Shown here piece after piece: positions 1-12,251 of a DNA stretch of 64,000 nt. Position numbers and translations under genes: made by a program. The DNA comes from Escherichia coli (lineage in GTDB: Bacteria; Pseudomonadota; Gammaproteobacteria; Enterobacterales; Enterobacteriaceae): the NCBI RefSeq assembly GCF_003018255.1, contig NZ_CP027440.1. One strand, given 5' to 3'. The stretch's first letter is position 1. Each line of letters opens with the position of its first letter. The notes under the pieces were generated by a model. It searched no databases, was not told where the DNA came from, and saw only the letters and a program-made list of their open reading frames with translations.

Positions 1-187
1 GCGCATCTTCACAATGGTGACAGGTCACGGCACTACGTTGCTGCTGATGTTTGATAACCGTAATTCGGGGATGAAAATGGTGTTGGCTCAGGACATGTTG
101 CTCATCATTGTGAGCCATGACACAGGCGATTTCACAAGCATGACAACCCAGACATTGCTGACTGTTGGCCATAATAAAACGATTCAT
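1..187 (-). CDS. aegA: Ferredoxin-like oxidoreductase AegA, 5' end only (gene continues beyond window start)
   Basis: Reverse-strand translation from the start codon at 185-187 gives MNRFIMANSQQCLGCHACEIAC..., with a CxxCxxCxxxC 4Fe-4S motif; divergent from narQ as in K-12. Missed by the ORF track because there is no in-window stop. Confidence 0.8.
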   Translation of the reverse strand, partial: MNRFIMANSQQCLGCHACEIACVMAHNDEQHVLSQHHFHPRITVIKHQQQRSAVTCHHCEDA

Positions 188-392
188 AACGACCTTCTTT
201 TTTGGTTGTAAAAACCTTATTCTTTATATGAGTGTTGTTATTACCCGACTTACAGGGGAATCGGCAATGTTCATGTGCCCAGAATAAGTAACTATTTCGC
301 TATAAACTGTGGCAGATCAAATAATCCCATCACTGACTAAATTGCGTTTCAGCGAATTGGAACATTAATGATTTTTTGTGGAGAAGACGCGT

Positions 393-2093
393 GTGATTGT
401 TAAACGACCCGTCTCGGCCAGTCTGGCCCGGGCCTTTTTTTACATTGTGCTGCTGTCGATTCTTTCCACGGGTATCGCTCTGCTAACGCTGGCGAGCAGT
501 TTACGCGACGCTGAGGCTATCAATATTGCCGGATCGCTGCGTATGCAGAGTTACCGCCTGGGCTACGACTTGCAAAGTGGCAGTCCACAACTCAATGCAC
601 ATCGCCAGTTATTTCAGCAGGCACTGCATTCACCGGTATTAACCAATCTCAACGTCTGGTATGTGCCAGAGGCAGTAAAAACCCGCTATGCGCATCTGAA
701 TGCCAACTGGCTGGAGATGAATAATCGGCTCAGCAAGGGCGACTTGCCGTGGTATCAGGCCAATATTAATAATTATGTTAATCAGATAGACCTGTTCGTG
801 CTGGCTTTACAGCACTACGCCGAACGCAAAATGCTGCTGGTGGTGGCGATCTCCCTGGCTGGCGGCATCGGTATTTTCACGCTGGTCTTTTTTACTTTGC
901 GCCGCATACGCCATCAGGTGGTTGCCCCGCTGAATCAGCTGGTTACCGCCAGTCAGCGTATTGAACACGGGCAGTTCGACTCGCCGCCGCTGGATACCAG
1001 CCTGCCGAATGAGCTTGGCCTGCTTGCAAAAACCTTTAACCAGATGTCGAGCGAGCTGCATAAATTGTACCGTTCGCTGGAGGCGTCAGTAGAAGAAAAG
1101 ACCCGCGATCTCCACGAGGCCAAGCGTCGTCTGGAGGTGTTGTATCAGTGTTCGCAGGCGCTAAACACCAGCCAGATTGATGTGCATTGTTTCCGCCATA
1201 TTTTGCAGATTGTTCGCGACAATGAAGCGGCTGAATATCTGGAGTTAAATGTCGGTGACAACTGGCGGATTAGCGAAGGGCAGCCAAACCCGGAATTGCC
1301 GATGCAGATTTTACCGGTGACAATGCAAGAGACGGTTTACGGCGAACTGCACTGGCAAAATAGTCACGTTTCATCATCAGAACCGCTGCTTAACAGTGTT
1401 TCGTCGATGCTGGGACGCGGTTTGTACTTTAATCAGGCGCAGAAGCATTTTCAGCAGTTATTGTTGATGGAAGAACGTGCGACCATCGCCCGCGAATTGC
1501 ACGACTCGCTGGCTCAGGTACTTTCTTACTTACGTATCCAGTTGACGTTACTGAAGCGTTCGATACCGGAAGATAACGCCACCGCACAAAGTATCATGGC
1601 CGATTTCTCCCAGGCGCTGAATGATGCTTATCGGCAGTTACGCGAGCTGTTAACTACTTTCCGCCTGACGCTGCAGCAGGCGGATCTCCCCTCCGCGTTG
1701 AGGGAAATGCTGGATACGTTACAAAATCAAACCAGCGCCAAACTGACCCTCGACTGCCGTCTGCCAACCCTGGCGCTGGATGCGCAAATGCAGGTGCATT
1801 TGTTGCAAATTATTCGCGAAGCGGTGCTGAATGCGATGAAGCACGCCAACGCCAGCGAAATCGCCGTTAGCTGCGTCACCGCGCCGGATGGCAATCACAC
1901 AGTCTATATTCGCGACAACGGGATTGGCATCGGTGAACCGAAAGAACCCGAAGGCCATTATGGTCTGAATATCATGCGCGAACGCGCGGAAAGATTGGGT
2001 GGGACGCTGACTTTTTCACAACCTTCCGGCGGCGGCACGTTAGTGAGTATTAGCTTTCGCTCTGCGGAGGGTGAGGAAAGTCAGCTGATGTAA
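393..2093 (+). CDS. narQ: Nitrate/nitrite sensor histidine kinase
   Basis: ORF 378..2093; two N-terminal hydrophobic segments, H-box ELHDSLAQ and C-terminal ATPase region. Likely GTG start at 393 (MIVKRP...) for a 566-aa product. Confidence 0.9.
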   Translation: MIVKRPVSASLARAFFYIVLLSILSTGIALLTLASSLRDAEAINIAGSLRMQSYRLGYDLQSGSPQLNAHRQLFQQALHSPVLTNLNVWYVPEAVKTRYAHLNANWLEMNNRLSKGDLPWYQANINNYVNQIDLFVLALQHYAERKMLLVVAISLAGGIGIFTLVFFTLRRIRHQVVAPLNQLVTASQRIEHGQFDSPPLDTSLPNELGLLAKTFNQMSSELHKLYRSLEASVEEKTRDLHEAKRRLEVLYQCSQALNTSQIDVHCFRHILQIVRDNEAAEYLELNVGDNWRISEGQPNPELPMQILPVTMQETVYGELHWQNSHVSSSEPLLNSVSSMLGRGLYFNQAQKHFQQLLLMEERATIARELHDSLAQVLSYLRIQLTLLKRSIPEDNATAQSIMADFSQALNDAYRQLRELLTTFRLTLQQADLPSALREMLDTLQNQTSAKLTLDCRLPTLALDAQMQVHLLQIIREAVLNAMKHANASEIAVSCVTAPDGNHTVYIRDNGIGIGEPKEPEGHYGLNIMRERAERLGGTLTFSQPSGGGTLVSISFRSAEGEESQLM

Positions 2094-2256
2094 TGCCTCT
2101 TATTGACCAAAGAATAGTGGCACTTAAGGTTCAGTATAAAAGGGCATGATAATTTACATTAACTCCTTTTTTTCTCCACGATTGGCTCGTACCTTGCCGC
2201 TACAGTGAAGCAAGTCAAGCCTACAACGATACGCAGAAACACGAGGTCCTCTTTTA

Positions 2257-5200
2257 ATGGCGAATTTCTTTATTGATCGCCCCATTTTTGCCTGGGTGCT
2301 GGCAATCCTGTTGTGTCTGACAGGTACCCTGGCGATTTTTTCATTGCCCGTTGAACAATACCCCGATCTCGCGCCACCGAATGTGCGAGTGACCGCTAAC
2401 TATCCCGGCGCATCGGCCCAGACGCTGGAAAACACCGTGACCCAGGTTATCGAGCAAAATATGACCGGCCTCGATAATCTCATGTATATGTCGTCTCAGA
2501 GCAGTGGCACCGGCCAGGCATCTGTCACTTTAAGTTTTAAAGCAGGCACCGATCCGGACGAAGCCGTGCAGCAAGTACAAAACCAGCTGCAATCAGCCAT
2601 GCGAAAGTTACCGCAGGCGGTGCAAAATCAGGGCGTGACGGTGCGTAAAACCGGCGATACCAATATTCTGACCATTGCCTTCGTCTCTACCGATGGTTCG
2701 ATGGATAAACAGGATATTGCCGATTACGTTGCCAGTAATATTCAGGACCCGTTAAGCCGCGTGAATGGCGTCGGGGATATCGATGCCTATGGTTCGCAAT
2801 ATTCCATGCGTATCTGGCTGGACCCGGCGAAACTCAACAGTTTCCAGATGACGGCTAAAGATGTCACTGATGCCATTGAGTCACAGAACGCGCAGATTGC
2901 GGTTGGGCAACTTGGTGGTACGCCTTCCGTCGATAAGCAGGCGCTCAACGCCACCATTAACGCCCAGTCACTGCTGCAAACACCAGAACAGTTCCGCGAT
3001 ATCACCTTGCGGGTGAATCAGGACGGTTCAGAGGTAAGGCTGGGCGATGTCGCCACCGTCGAAATGGGGGCGGAAAAATACGATTATCTTAGCCGCTTCA
3101 ATGGTAAGCCAGCCTCCGGGCTGGGGGTAAAACTGGCCTCCGGCGCGAACGAAATGGCGACTGCGCAGCTGGTGCTCAATCGTCTCGACGAGCTGGCGCA
3201 GTATTTTCCACACGGACTGGAATACAAGGTGGCGTATGAAACCACCTCGTTTGTTAAAGCCTCCATTGAAGACGTGGTGAAAACGCTGCTGGAAGCTATC
3301 GCTCTGGTTTTCCTCGTTATGTATCTGTTCCTGCAAAACTTCCGCGCCACGCTGATACCCACTATCGCCGTGCCGGTGGTGTTGATGGGAACCTTCTCCG
3401 TACTTTATGCCTTCGGTTACAGCGTCAACACCTTAACCATGTTCGCGATGGTGCTGGCGATCGGTCTGCTGGTGGATGATGCCATCGTGGTGGTGGAAAA
3501 CGTCGAACGTATTATGAGTGAGGAAGGACTCACTCCTCGCGAAGCCACACGTAAATCGATGGGGCAGATCCAGGGGGCACTGGTCGGGATTGCGATGGTG
3601 CTTTCGGCGGTATTTGTGCCAATGGCCTTCTTCGGCGGCACCACCGGTGCCATCTATCGCCAGTTCTCTATTACCATTGTTGCGGCGATGGTGCTGTCAG
3701 TACTGGTAGCGATGATCCTCACTCCGGCTCTGTGTGCCACGCTACTTAAGCCACTGAAAAAAGGTGAGCATCACGGGCAAAAAGGCTTTTTTGCCTGGTT
3801 TAACCAGATGTTTAACCGCAACGCCGAACGCTACGAAAAAGGGGTGGCGAAAATTCTCCACCGTAGCCTGCGCTGGATTGTGATTTATGTCCTGCTGCTT
3901 GGCGGCATGGTGTTCCTGTTCCTGCGTTTGCCGACGTCGTTCTTGCCACTTGAAGACCGTGGCATGTTTACTACCTCGGTACAGTTGCCCAGCGGTTCAA
4001 CCCAACAACAGACCCTGAAAGTCGTTGAGCAAATCGAGAAATACTACTTCACCCATGAAAAAGACAACATCATGTCGGTGTTTGCCACTGTTGGTTCTGG
4101 CCCTGGGGGTAACGGGCAAAACGTGGCGAGAATGTTTATCCGCCTGAAAGACTGGAGCGAACGCGACAGTAAGACCGGCACCTCGTTTGCCATTATCGAG
4201 CGTGCAACGAAGGCGTTTAACAAGATTAAAGAAGCTCGCGTTATCGCCAGCAGCCCGCCAGCAATTAGCGGTCTTGGTAGTTCTGCAGGTTTTGATATGG
4301 AGTTGCAGGACCACGCTGGAGCGGGTCACGATGCGCTGATGGCAGCACGTAACCAGTTGCTGGCGCTGGCGGCGGAAAACCCGGAGCTAACCCGTGTGCG
4401 CCATAACGGCCTCGACGACAGTCCGCAGTTGCAGATTGATATCGACCAGCGTAAAGCTCAGGCGCTGGGCGTTGCTATCGACGATATTAACGACACACTG
4501 CAAACCGCCTGGGGTTCGAGCTATGTGAATGACTTTATGGATCGCGGTCGCGTGAAGAAAGTCTATGTGCAGGCAGCTGCGCCGTATCGCATGCTGCCAG
4601 ATGACATCAATCTCTGGTATGTCCGAAATAAAGATGGCGGCATGGTGCCCTTCTCTGCTTTCGCGACCTCACGCTGGGAGACAGGCTCGCCGCGTCTGGA
4701 ACGCTATAACGGTTATTCTGCGGTAGAGATTGTAGGGGAAGCCGCACCGGGGGTCAGTACCGGTACGGCGATGGATATTATGGAATCGTTAGTGAAGCAG
4801 TTGCCAAACGGCTTTGGTCTGGAGTGGACGGCGATGTCGTATCAGGAGCGGCTTTCCGGCGCGCAGGCTCCGGCGCTGTACGCCATTTCCTTGCTGGTGG
4901 TATTCCTGTGTCTTGCGGCGTTGTATGAAAGCTGGTCGGTGCCGTTCTCGGTAATGCTGGTCGTGCCGCTGGGGGTTATCGGCGCGCTGCTGGCAACCTG
5001 GATGCGCGGGCTGGAAAACGACGTTTACTTCCAGGTGGGCCTGTTAACGGTCATTGGTTTATCGGCGAAAAACGCCATCCTGATCGTCGAGTTTGCTAAC
5101 GAGATGAACCAAAAAGGCCACGACCTGTTTGAAGCGACGCTCCACGCCTGCCGTCAGCGTTTACGCCCGATTCTGATGACTTCGCTGGCATTTATCTTCG

Positions 5201-5370
5201 GCGTATTGCCAATGGCAACCAGCACGGGTGCCGGTTCCGGTGGTCAGCATGCGGTGGGTACTGGCGTAATGGGCGGGATGATTTCGGCCACTATTCTGGC
5301 TATTTACTTCGTGCCGCTGTTCTTTGTGCTGGTGCGCCGCCGCTTCCCGCTGAAGCCGCGCCCGGAATAA
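2257..5370 (+). CDS. acrD: RND family aminoglycoside/multidrug efflux pump, inner-membrane component
   Basis: 1037-aa ORF with AcrB/AcrD-type architecture (N-terminal [14 protein letters not shown], 12 predicted TM segments); position after narQ. Confidence 0.92.
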   Translation: MANFFIDRPIFAWVLAILLCLTGTLAIFSLPVEQYPDLAPPNVRVTANYPGASAQTLENTVTQVIEQNMTGLDNLMYMSSQSSGTGQASVTLSFKAGTDPDEAVQQVQNQLQSAMRKLPQAVQNQGVTVRKTGDTNILTIAFVSTDGSMDKQDIADYVASNIQDPLSRVNGVGDIDAYGSQYSMRIWLDPAKLNSFQMTAKDVTDAIESQNAQIAVGQLGGTPSVDKQALNATINAQSLLQTPEQFRDITLRVNQDGSEVRLGDVATVEMGAEKYDYLSRFNGKPASGLGVKLASGANEMATAQLVLNRLDELAQYFPHGLEYKVAYETTSFVKASIEDVVKTLLEAIALVFLVMYLFLQNFRATLIPTIAVPVVLMGTFSVLYAFGYSVNTLTMFAMVLAIGLLVDDAIVVVENVERIMSEEGLTPREATRKSMGQIQGALVGIAMVLSAVFVPMAFFGGTTGAIYRQFSITIVAAMVLSVLVAMILTPALCATLLKPLKKGEHHGQKGFFAWFNQMFNRNAERYEKGVAKILHRSLRWIVIYVLLLGGMVFLFLRLPTSFLPLEDRGMFTTSVQLPSGSTQQQTLKVVEQIEKYYFTHEKDNIMSVFATVGSGPGGNGQNVARMFIRLKDWSERDSKTGTSFAIIERATKAFNKIKEARVIASSPPAISGLGSSAGFDMELQDHAGAGHDALMAARNQLLALAAENPELTRVRHNGLDDSPQLQIDIDQRKAQALGVAIDDINDTLQTAWGSSYVNDFMDRGRVKKVYVQAAAPYRMLPDDINLWYVRNKDGGMVPFSAFATSRWETGSPRLERYNGYSAVEIVGEAAPGVSTGTAMDIMESLVKQLPNGFGLEWTAMSYQERLSGAQAPALYAISLLVVFLCLAALYESWSVPFSVMLVVPLGVIGALLATWMRGLENDVYFQVGLLTVIGLSAKNAILIVEFANEMNQKGHDLFEATLHACRQRLRPILMTSLAFIFGVLPMATSTGAGSGGQHAVGTGVMGGMISATILAIYFVPLFFVLVRRRFPLKPRPE

Positions 5371-5375
5371 GCAAT

Positions 5376-5409
5376 AAAAAAGGCGACATGCTAATGTGTC
5401 GCCTTTTTC
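5376..5409 (+). terminator. Rho-independent terminator after acrD
   Basis: GC stem ggcgaca / tgtcgcc with loop, followed by a T-run (tttttc). Confidence 0.75.
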
Positions 5410-5468
5410 AACTTTCCGATTAAGAACCTGCTCAGCGGGTTCTTGCTGTTTGTACTTTGTCTCAGGAA

Positions 5469-5528
5469 TTACTTACGAAGCATAACTTCGATAAAGTCTT
5501 TCCAGTTCCCCAGTTCACGTTCAATCAT
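5469..5528 (-). CDS. ypfM: Small protein YpfM (19 aa)
   Basis: Minus-strand micro-ORF atg att gaa cgt gaa ctg ggg aac tgg aaa gac ttt atc gaa gtt atg ctt cgt aag taa (MIERELGNWKDFIEVMLRK) with GAGAGG Shine-Dalgarno upstream; below the ORF-track length cutoff. Confidence 0.75.
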   Translation of the reverse strand: MIERELGNWKDFIEVMLRK

Positions 5529-5890
5529 AACAACCTCTCTTATAATTATGGGTATTCTACGGAAACAATATACCGTGGTGAAGCTAATTTACTCGATTGC
5601 TGCGATGACTACCTCCGGGGGACAAACCTTATGTAAATACTATGGTCCTGCGGTGATAATTTGTATGTGATACACAGCAACATTTCGAGATATTCATACG
5701 GCATCTAATACTGATTTAATTCTGGTTAAAATACAGACAGATAACAAGATGAATATTCTTAATGTTTACGTTAAAAATGTTTAATGTTATTTAATAGTTG
5801 TTAATTTGAATACTTCGATAATGTTATATTTCCTGATGATCATTTGCAGGCAAAATGTTTTCACCCTTAAATGAGTATTTATTCTCATAA

Positions 5891-6265
<375 letters not shown>

Positions 6266-6268
6266 TCT

Positions 6269-7396
6269 ATGTCGTGCCCGGTTATTGAGCTGACACAACA
6301 GCTTATTCGCCGCCCTTCCCTGAGTCCTGATGACGCAGGATGCCAGGCTTTGTTGATTGAACGTTTGCAGGCGATCGGTTTTACCGTTGAACGCATGGAC
6401 TTTGCCGATACGCAGAATTTTTGGGCATGGCGTGGGCAGGGTGAAACGTTAGCCTTTGCCGGGCATACCGACGTGGTGCCGCCTGGCGACGCCGACCGTT
6501 GGATCAATCCGCCGTTTGAACCCACCATTCGTGACGGCATGTTATTCGGGCGCGGTGCGGCAGATATGAAAGGCTCGCTGGCGGCGATGGTGGTAGCGGC
6601 AGAACGTTTTGTCGCACAACATCCCAACCATACGGGGCGACTGGCATTTCTGATCACCTCTGATGAAGAAGCTAGTGCCCACAACGGTACGGTAAAAGTC
6701 GTCGAAGCGTTAATGGCGCGTAATGAGCGTCTCGATTACTGTCTGGTTGGCGAACCGTCGAGTATCGAAGTGGTTGGTGATGTGGTGAAAAATGGTCGTC
6801 GCGGATCGTTAACCTGCAACCTCACCATTCATGGCGTGCAGGGGCATGTTGCCTACCCACATCTGGCTGACAATCCGGTACATCGCGCAGCACCTTTCCT
6901 TAATGAATTAGTGGCTATTGAGTGGGATCAGGGCAATGAATTCTTCCCGGCGACCAGTATGCAGATTGCCAATATTCAGGCGGGAACGGGCAGTAACAAC
7001 GTTATTCCGGGTGAACTGTTTGTGCAGTTTAACTTCCGCTTCAGCACCGAACTGACTGATGAGATGATCAAAGCGCAGGTACTTGCCCTGCTTGAAAAAC
7101 ATCAACTGCGCTATACGGTGGATTGGTGGCTTTCCGGGCAGCCATTTTTGACCGCGCGCGGTAAACTGGTGGATGCGGTCGTTAACGCGGTTGAGCACTA
7201 TAATGAAATTAAACCGCAGCTACTAACCACAGGCGGAACGTCCGACGGGCGCTTTATTGCCCGCATGGGGGCGCAGGTGGTGGAACTCGGGCCGGTCAAT
7301 GCCACTATTCATAAAATTAATGAATGTGTGAACGCTGCCGACCTGCAGCTACTTGCCCGTATGTATCAACGTATCATGGAACAGCTCGTCGCCTGA
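6269..7396 (+). CDS. dapE: Succinyl-diaminopimelate desuccinylase (M20 peptidase)
   Basis: 375 aa; GHTDVVP and metal-binding motifs of the M20 family; 3 nt after the yffB stop. Confidence 0.92.
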
Positions 7397-7423
7397 TGAG
7401 TGGTTCTGCAAGAGGAAATAAGC

Positions 7424-7624
7424 ATGGACTGGCTGGCTAAATATTGGTGGATTCTGGTGATTGTCTTTTTGGTAGGCGTCCTGCTGAACGTGATTAAAGA
7501 TCTCAAGCGCGTCAACCATAAGAAATTTCTCGCCAACAAGCCGGAGCTTCCCCCGCATCGTGATTTCAACGATAAGTGGGACGATGACGACGACTGGCCG
7601 AAAAAGGATCAACCGAAGAAGTAA
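7424..7624 (+). CDS. ypfN: Small membrane protein YpfN
   Basis: ORF 7400..7624; likely start at [21 protein letters not shown] (one TM helix) with an acidic C-terminus [14 protein letters not shown]; 66 aa. Confidence 0.8.
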   Translation: MDWLAKYWWILVIVFLVGVLLNVIKDLKRVNHKKFLANKPELPPHRDFNDKWDDDDDWPKKDQPKK

Positions 7625-7632
7625 GCTAAGTG

Positions 7633-7662
7633 GCCGGATAAGGCGTTAACGCCGCATCCGGC
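7633..7662. repeat. REP (repetitive extragenic palindromic) element
   Basis: gccggataaggcgttaacgccgcatccggc between convergent ypfN and ypfH. Confidence 0.8.
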
Positions 7663-7704
7663 CATGATGCCTGATACAGTCTTATCAGACCTACCCGGCT
7701 ATTA

Positions 7705-8403
7705 TTACATCATTTCAATCACATCATCATCGCCAGGCTTACCGCCGCTTAGCGCTTCGTCGAAATAATGTTTCGGAATGGTATAACGCAAGTGATCCAG
7801 AGCAAATTGCATACTGCGATTGTCGATCGCATGGCCTAAATCCTCCACGATATCCAGCGTCACGTCACCACCGGCACTGATTAACGCTTCCTGCGCCGCA
7901 ACCGCATGCGCCAGATCGATAACCGGATCTTCACCGCCATGAATCAGGTGAATTGTCGTGGCTGTAGACGCAGTTTCCGGCAGGCTCGCATAGCGTCCGT
8001 TAAAGGCAATGACGCGTGAGGCAAGGCCCGGTTCGGCTTTAATGCTCTCCAGCGCCATAATCGCGCCTTGAGAGAAACCGATTAACGCCGTGGCGGTAGC
8101 CCCTACTCCGCTCTGTTTCTGCCAGTAGCGCACCGTCTCAATAAACGTCGGCATGATGGCATCCACACGCGCCTGGCGATTATCTTCCGTAATACCCTGC
8201 ACCGAAAACCACTGACGCCCCGCCGGATTACCGCTCGGCTCCGCGCCTCCGACACTCACCACCAGCGCATCAGGAAATAGCGGCGCAAACCAGCTACCTA
8301 TTTCCCCCATTGCCACCGGGTTATCCCCGACACCGTGGAAAAGCAGTAACAACTGTTGCGCAGGTTTATCCGGGCTTTGAACAACAAAATGGTCATGTTT
8401 CAT
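7705..8403 (-). CDS. ypfH: Alpha/beta-hydrolase fold esterase YpfH
   Basis: ORF 7705..8427; GFSQG (GxSxG) nucleophile elbow; probable start at MKHDHFVV for a 232-aa product. Confidence 0.85.
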   Translation of the reverse strand: MKHDHFVVQSPDKPAQQLLLLFHGVGDNPVAMGEIGSWFAPLFPDALVVSVGGAEPSGNPAGRQWFSVQGITEDNRQARVDAIMPTFIETVRYWQKQSGVGATATALIGFSQGAIMALESIKAEPGLASRVIAFNGRYASLPETASTATTIHLIHGGEDPVIDLAHAVAAQEALISAGGDVTLDIVEDLGHAIDNRSMQFALDHLRYTIPKHYFDEALSGGKPGDDDVIEMM

Positions 8404-8476
8404 GGCGAACTCCTTAACTGATGTCATTAATTTTACGCCGCTGACTCACAATGACCATGGGAGAAAATTGAAGGAG

Positions 8477-10492
8477 TCAGTGAAAAAATTGCCATTGCGT
8501 TATGCGATCGCGCAAACGCTCAGTGCGAACATCATCAAGTGCGTATAGCGCCTGCGCGGCCTCTTCCCGCTGACGGACCAGTAACAGCTTACGGCCTGAA
8601 AGTTTAAGTGTGGTACATAACTGCGCGTCGCTGGCGTTTTTCTGTAAACGCCCACGCAGCGCCGGTAATGCCATTTCGCTGGTTTGTAACAGACGCATTA
8701 AGCAACCTAACGACGTTAATAGCGGACGATGAGCGAAAGCAAAACCGGCCAGTTCAAGCCAGTCGTCGGCAGAAAGCACGATATCGTTTAGTGGATCAAC
8801 AGGGAGCGTTTCGCCATTCCACTTTGCGAGAGCTTGCGCATCGCGACGTAAACGGTAATGCTCACGTTCAGCCAGCTGTTTACCCGCATCACTCATCGGT
8901 AACAGCGCCATCGCCGTATAGCAACCGCTGCTGGCTTCACGATGATTACCCATTCGCACCAGCACAAAACCGCAGCGTTGCCAGAAACGCCATAATTCCC
9001 CGGTGTAACCAAAACTCACCGAAAGATAGTCGAGGTCATGCGTATATTGCAAAGCACCAGCAATCAGTTGCTGACCTGTGCCTTCCCGCTGACGAGCCGG
9101 ATGAACTGCTATCCGGCTAACCCGCCTTCCGCGCAATGTCGCCGCCAGTGGATTGCTGCCGTGCGCCGCCAGCGACTGGGCCACCAGATTACCCCGCGGG
9201 CGACGAAAACCTGCCCATACCGCCTGACTGAGTTCTTGAGATAATCCGCCCTCATCCACCAGCCACAGCGCCCCGGCAATCGCGTTTTCGCCAGCCGCCT
9301 GTAAAAAATGTTGCCCTGGTGCATCCATCATGCGGCGTAAATCCAGCGGCGAAGTCCGGTAGTGCGCACCAGACAATAATTGATAAACCTTTAACGGCGT
9401 TTGTGGCTCGCTTCGCCATAACGTCTGTTCAAATGCGGAAATGACGATATTGCCTTGTGGTGTGTGGGTGAAGTTTTCATCGTCAAAAACCAGTGCCTCA
9501 CTAACCATTTTTTCCAGCGGGCATCCCTGTGCCCAGCGGATCGGCTGTTGCAGTTCAAAACGGTGTAAATGCGGAAAGCGAGCGCAAAATTTCAGCAAAA
9601 AACCACGTCCCGTGCCTTCGTAGCCCTGCACCGTAGTGGTTAACAACGTTCGAGGAAAACGCGATACCAGTTGATGCAACAACGGCGCAGGTATGGCTGC
9701 GGCTTCATCGACCACCAGCCAGTCGGCTTGCTCATCGCTGGCTAACAAGGCATCCGGCGCAATAAAGCGAAACTTCTCGCCCGCAAATTGTGCCAGTACA
9801 TACGTTGCCGCTTTTGCGGGCGCGGTGACAATCGCACTACCCGCAATACGAGAAATGAGTTGCCCTGCCAGCGCCGATTTACCGCGCCCACGCGCAGCCG
9901 TTACCACCGCCACGCCCAATGGCATGGTCAGTAGCTGCTGTAAGAGTTGCTGTTGTTCTGGCTGTGGTGCGCCGGTCGCGGGGTGCCAGTCAGTACGGGG
10001 AGTAAAATGCGCCAACGTGAACGGCTGGTTCTGCCGCCAGAGGATAGCGTCGTTATTCGCCGTAAGTACGCGTTTGAGATGCTGGACAAAATGCGGCGTC
10101 GCAATAGGGTCAGGGCAATCACTCCATCGCAGCGAGTCGGCATCAGGTTGGTTTTCCCACTCTTCCCATACAGGGAGTAACAAAACCAGCCAGCTTCCCG
10201 CTTTCAACGTTCCGCTAAGTGCCGCAAAGGCAGCGGCATCAAAGCCGTGGCGGGCGTCGAATACCGCATGCCGGAACTCGCGCCCAAGTAAAGTTTGTAG
10301 CGCCGAGGGAGAACAGTGGTTTTCAGCATCTGGCTGCGGCGAAATCCACAGCCAGTCGCCAGGTAAGGCATCACGCAACTTAAGCGCATGATCAAAACAC
10401 CAACCCTCTTCCCCGCTCAACACCAGCAAGCGGCGGATCCCTTCACGTTTCATTTGCGCTGTTAATGTGTGAAGCGCAGTCAGTTCAGCCAT
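8477..10492 (-). CDS. tmcA: tRNA(Met) cytidine acetyltransferase
   Basis: 671 aa; Walker A GRGKSAL helicase-like domain plus C-terminal GNAT region. Confidence 0.88.
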   Translation of the reverse strand: MAELTALHTLTAQMKREGIRRLLVLSGEEGWCFDHALKLRDALPGDWLWISPQPDAENHCSPSALQTLLGREFRHAVFDARHGFDAAAFAALSGTLKAGSWLVLLLPVWEEWENQPDADSLRWSDCPDPIATPHFVQHLKRVLTANNDAILWRQNQPFTLAHFTPRTDWHPATGAPQPEQQQLLQQLLTMPLGVAVVTAARGRGKSALAGQLISRIAGSAIVTAPAKAATYVLAQFAGEKFRFIAPDALLASDEQADWLVVDEAAAIPAPLLHQLVSRFPRTLLTTTVQGYEGTGRGFLLKFCARFPHLHRFELQQPIRWAQGCPLEKMVSEALVFDDENFTHTPQGNIVISAFEQTLWRSEPQTPLKVYQLLSGAHYRTSPLDLRRMMDAPGQHFLQAAGENAIAGALWLVDEGGLSQELSQAVWAGFRRPRGNLVAQSLAAHGSNPLAATLRGRRVSRIAVHPARQREGTGQQLIAGALQYTHDLDYLSVSFGYTGELWRFWQRCGFVLVRMGNHREASSGCYTAMALLPMSDAGKQLAEREHYRLRRDAQALAKWNGETLPVDPLNDIVLSADDWLELAGFAFAHRPLLTSLGCLMRLLQTSEMALPALRGRLQKNASDAQLCTTLKLSGRKLLLVRQREEAAQALYALDDVRTERLRDRITQWQFFH

Positions 10493-10506
10493 CCCTGCCC
10501 CGGAAG

Positions 10507-11370
10507 TTAAATGCTTTTACCAAAAGTATTGCATTGTGCCGGATCGCCGCTGTCGAAACCACGTTTAAACCAGCTGTAGCGTTGCTGAGAAGTGCCATGA
10601 GTGAAACTGTCTGGTACTACTCGCCCCTGACTTTGCTGTTGTAAACGGTCATCGCCGATGGCCTGCGCCGCGTTCAGCGCCTCTTCCAGATCGCCGGTTT
10701 CCAGAACACCTTGCTGCTGCATACTATGCCCCCAGACACCGGCAAAACAGTCGGCCTGGAGTTCCATACGCACAGATAAGCGGTTCACTTCCGCCTGCGT
10801 CGCGTTTTGTTGCAGTTGACGAACTTTCGGCTCGATGCCTAACAGTTTCTGCACATGATGACCGACTTCATGGGCGATAACGTACCCCTGGGCAAAATCG
10901 CCATCCGCGCCAAGTTTGTCTTTCATGTCATCATAGAAGGAGAGATCGATATAAACCGTGCCATCCGCCGGGCAATAGAACGGTCCCATTATGGACTGGC
11001 CCGCCCCGCAGCCGGTGCGCGTCATTCCACGGTACATGACCAGCTTCGGTTGCTGATAGGTTTTACCCATCTTCTCGAATTGCTGTCCCCAGGTGTCTTC
11101 CGTGGTTGCCAGAATCACCGAAGTGAATTTTGCGGCTTCGTCTTCATTAGGACTAATTGACCGTGTTGATTGCTGTTGGGAAACCGGCTGTCCGGTCATC
11201 AACCCGGTTAAATCAACGCCATAGTAGCCTGCAACCAGCACGACTATCAGTAAAATCAGCCCGCCTTTACCGCTTGGCAGGCGAAAACCTGGACCGCCCA
11301 TTGACGGACCACCAGAGCTGTTGCGCCTGTCTTCAACATTGTCACTTTCACGTCGCCCTTGCCAACGCAT
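10507..11370 (-). CDS. ypfJ: Predicted zinc metalloprotease YpfJ
   Basis: 287 aa; N-terminal TM segment and HEVGHH zinc-binding motif. Confidence 0.85.
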
Positions 11371-11537
11371 AGATACCTCAACAATATATTCATTATAGAA
11401 ATGATCGTAGGTGGTTCAGAGGAAGATTACCACAGGAAAGCGGGATGAAATGGCGGAGGAATGAGCGTTCAATACTCATCTTATGAGAGCGGTTGTCTTG
11501 CCGTGCCAGCTGCACGGCAAGATGATGAACAGAAAAA

Positions 11538-12251
11538 TCAGTCCAGCTGTACACCCAGGCGGCGGGCGACGGCTTCATAGGCCTCGATCAGGCCACCGAG
11601 GCTCTGGCGGAAACGGTCTTTGTCCATTTTCTCCAGCGTTTCTTTGTCCCACAAGCGGCTGCCGTCCGGGGAGAACTCATCGCCCAGTACCACTTCACCT
11701 TTGTACAGACCAAACTCCAGCTTGAAGTCGACCAGAATGAGACCAGCATCATCGAACAGTTTTTTCAGCACGTCGTTCGCTTTGTAGGTCAGCTCTTTCA
11801 TGCGTGCCAGGTTCTCTTTGCTTACCCAGCCAAAGGTTTCGCAGTAAGATTCGTTGACCATCGGATCGTGCATGGCGTCGTTTTTCAGGAACAGATCGAA
11901 CAGTGGCGGGTTCAGCTCAATACCTTCTTCGATTCCAAGACGTTTCACCAGAGAGCCAGCAGCACGGTTACGCACGACACACTCAACCGGCACCATATCC
12001 AGCTTTTTCACCAGACATTCGGTATCGGAGAGCAGACGCTCCATTTGAGTCGGGATACCCGCTTCAGCCAGTTTGCTCATAATGAAGTAGTTGAACTTGT
12101 TGTTCACCATACCTTTGCGATCAAACTGCTCAATGCGCGCGCCATCCCCTGCTGACGTATCATTGCGGAATTCGAGCACCAACAGGTCCGGGTTTTCCGT
12201 GCTGTATACGGTTTTCGCTTTACCACGATACAACTCAGCTTGCTTTTGCAT
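11538..12251 (-). CDS. purC: Phosphoribosylaminoimidazole-succinocarboxamide (SAICAR) synthase
   Basis: ORF 11538..12260; probable start at [16 protein letters not shown] for a 237-aa product. Confidence 0.92.

Noticed and set aside
5443-5670. 75-aa + strand ORF in the acrD-yffB spacer
   Set aside because: AT-rich, no ribosome-binding site, and it overlaps the better-supported minus-strand ypfM micro-ORF.
9693-10391. 232-aa + strand ORF inside tmcA
   Set aside because: Fully contained antisense to tmcA; Ser/Ala/Cys-rich low-complexity translation.
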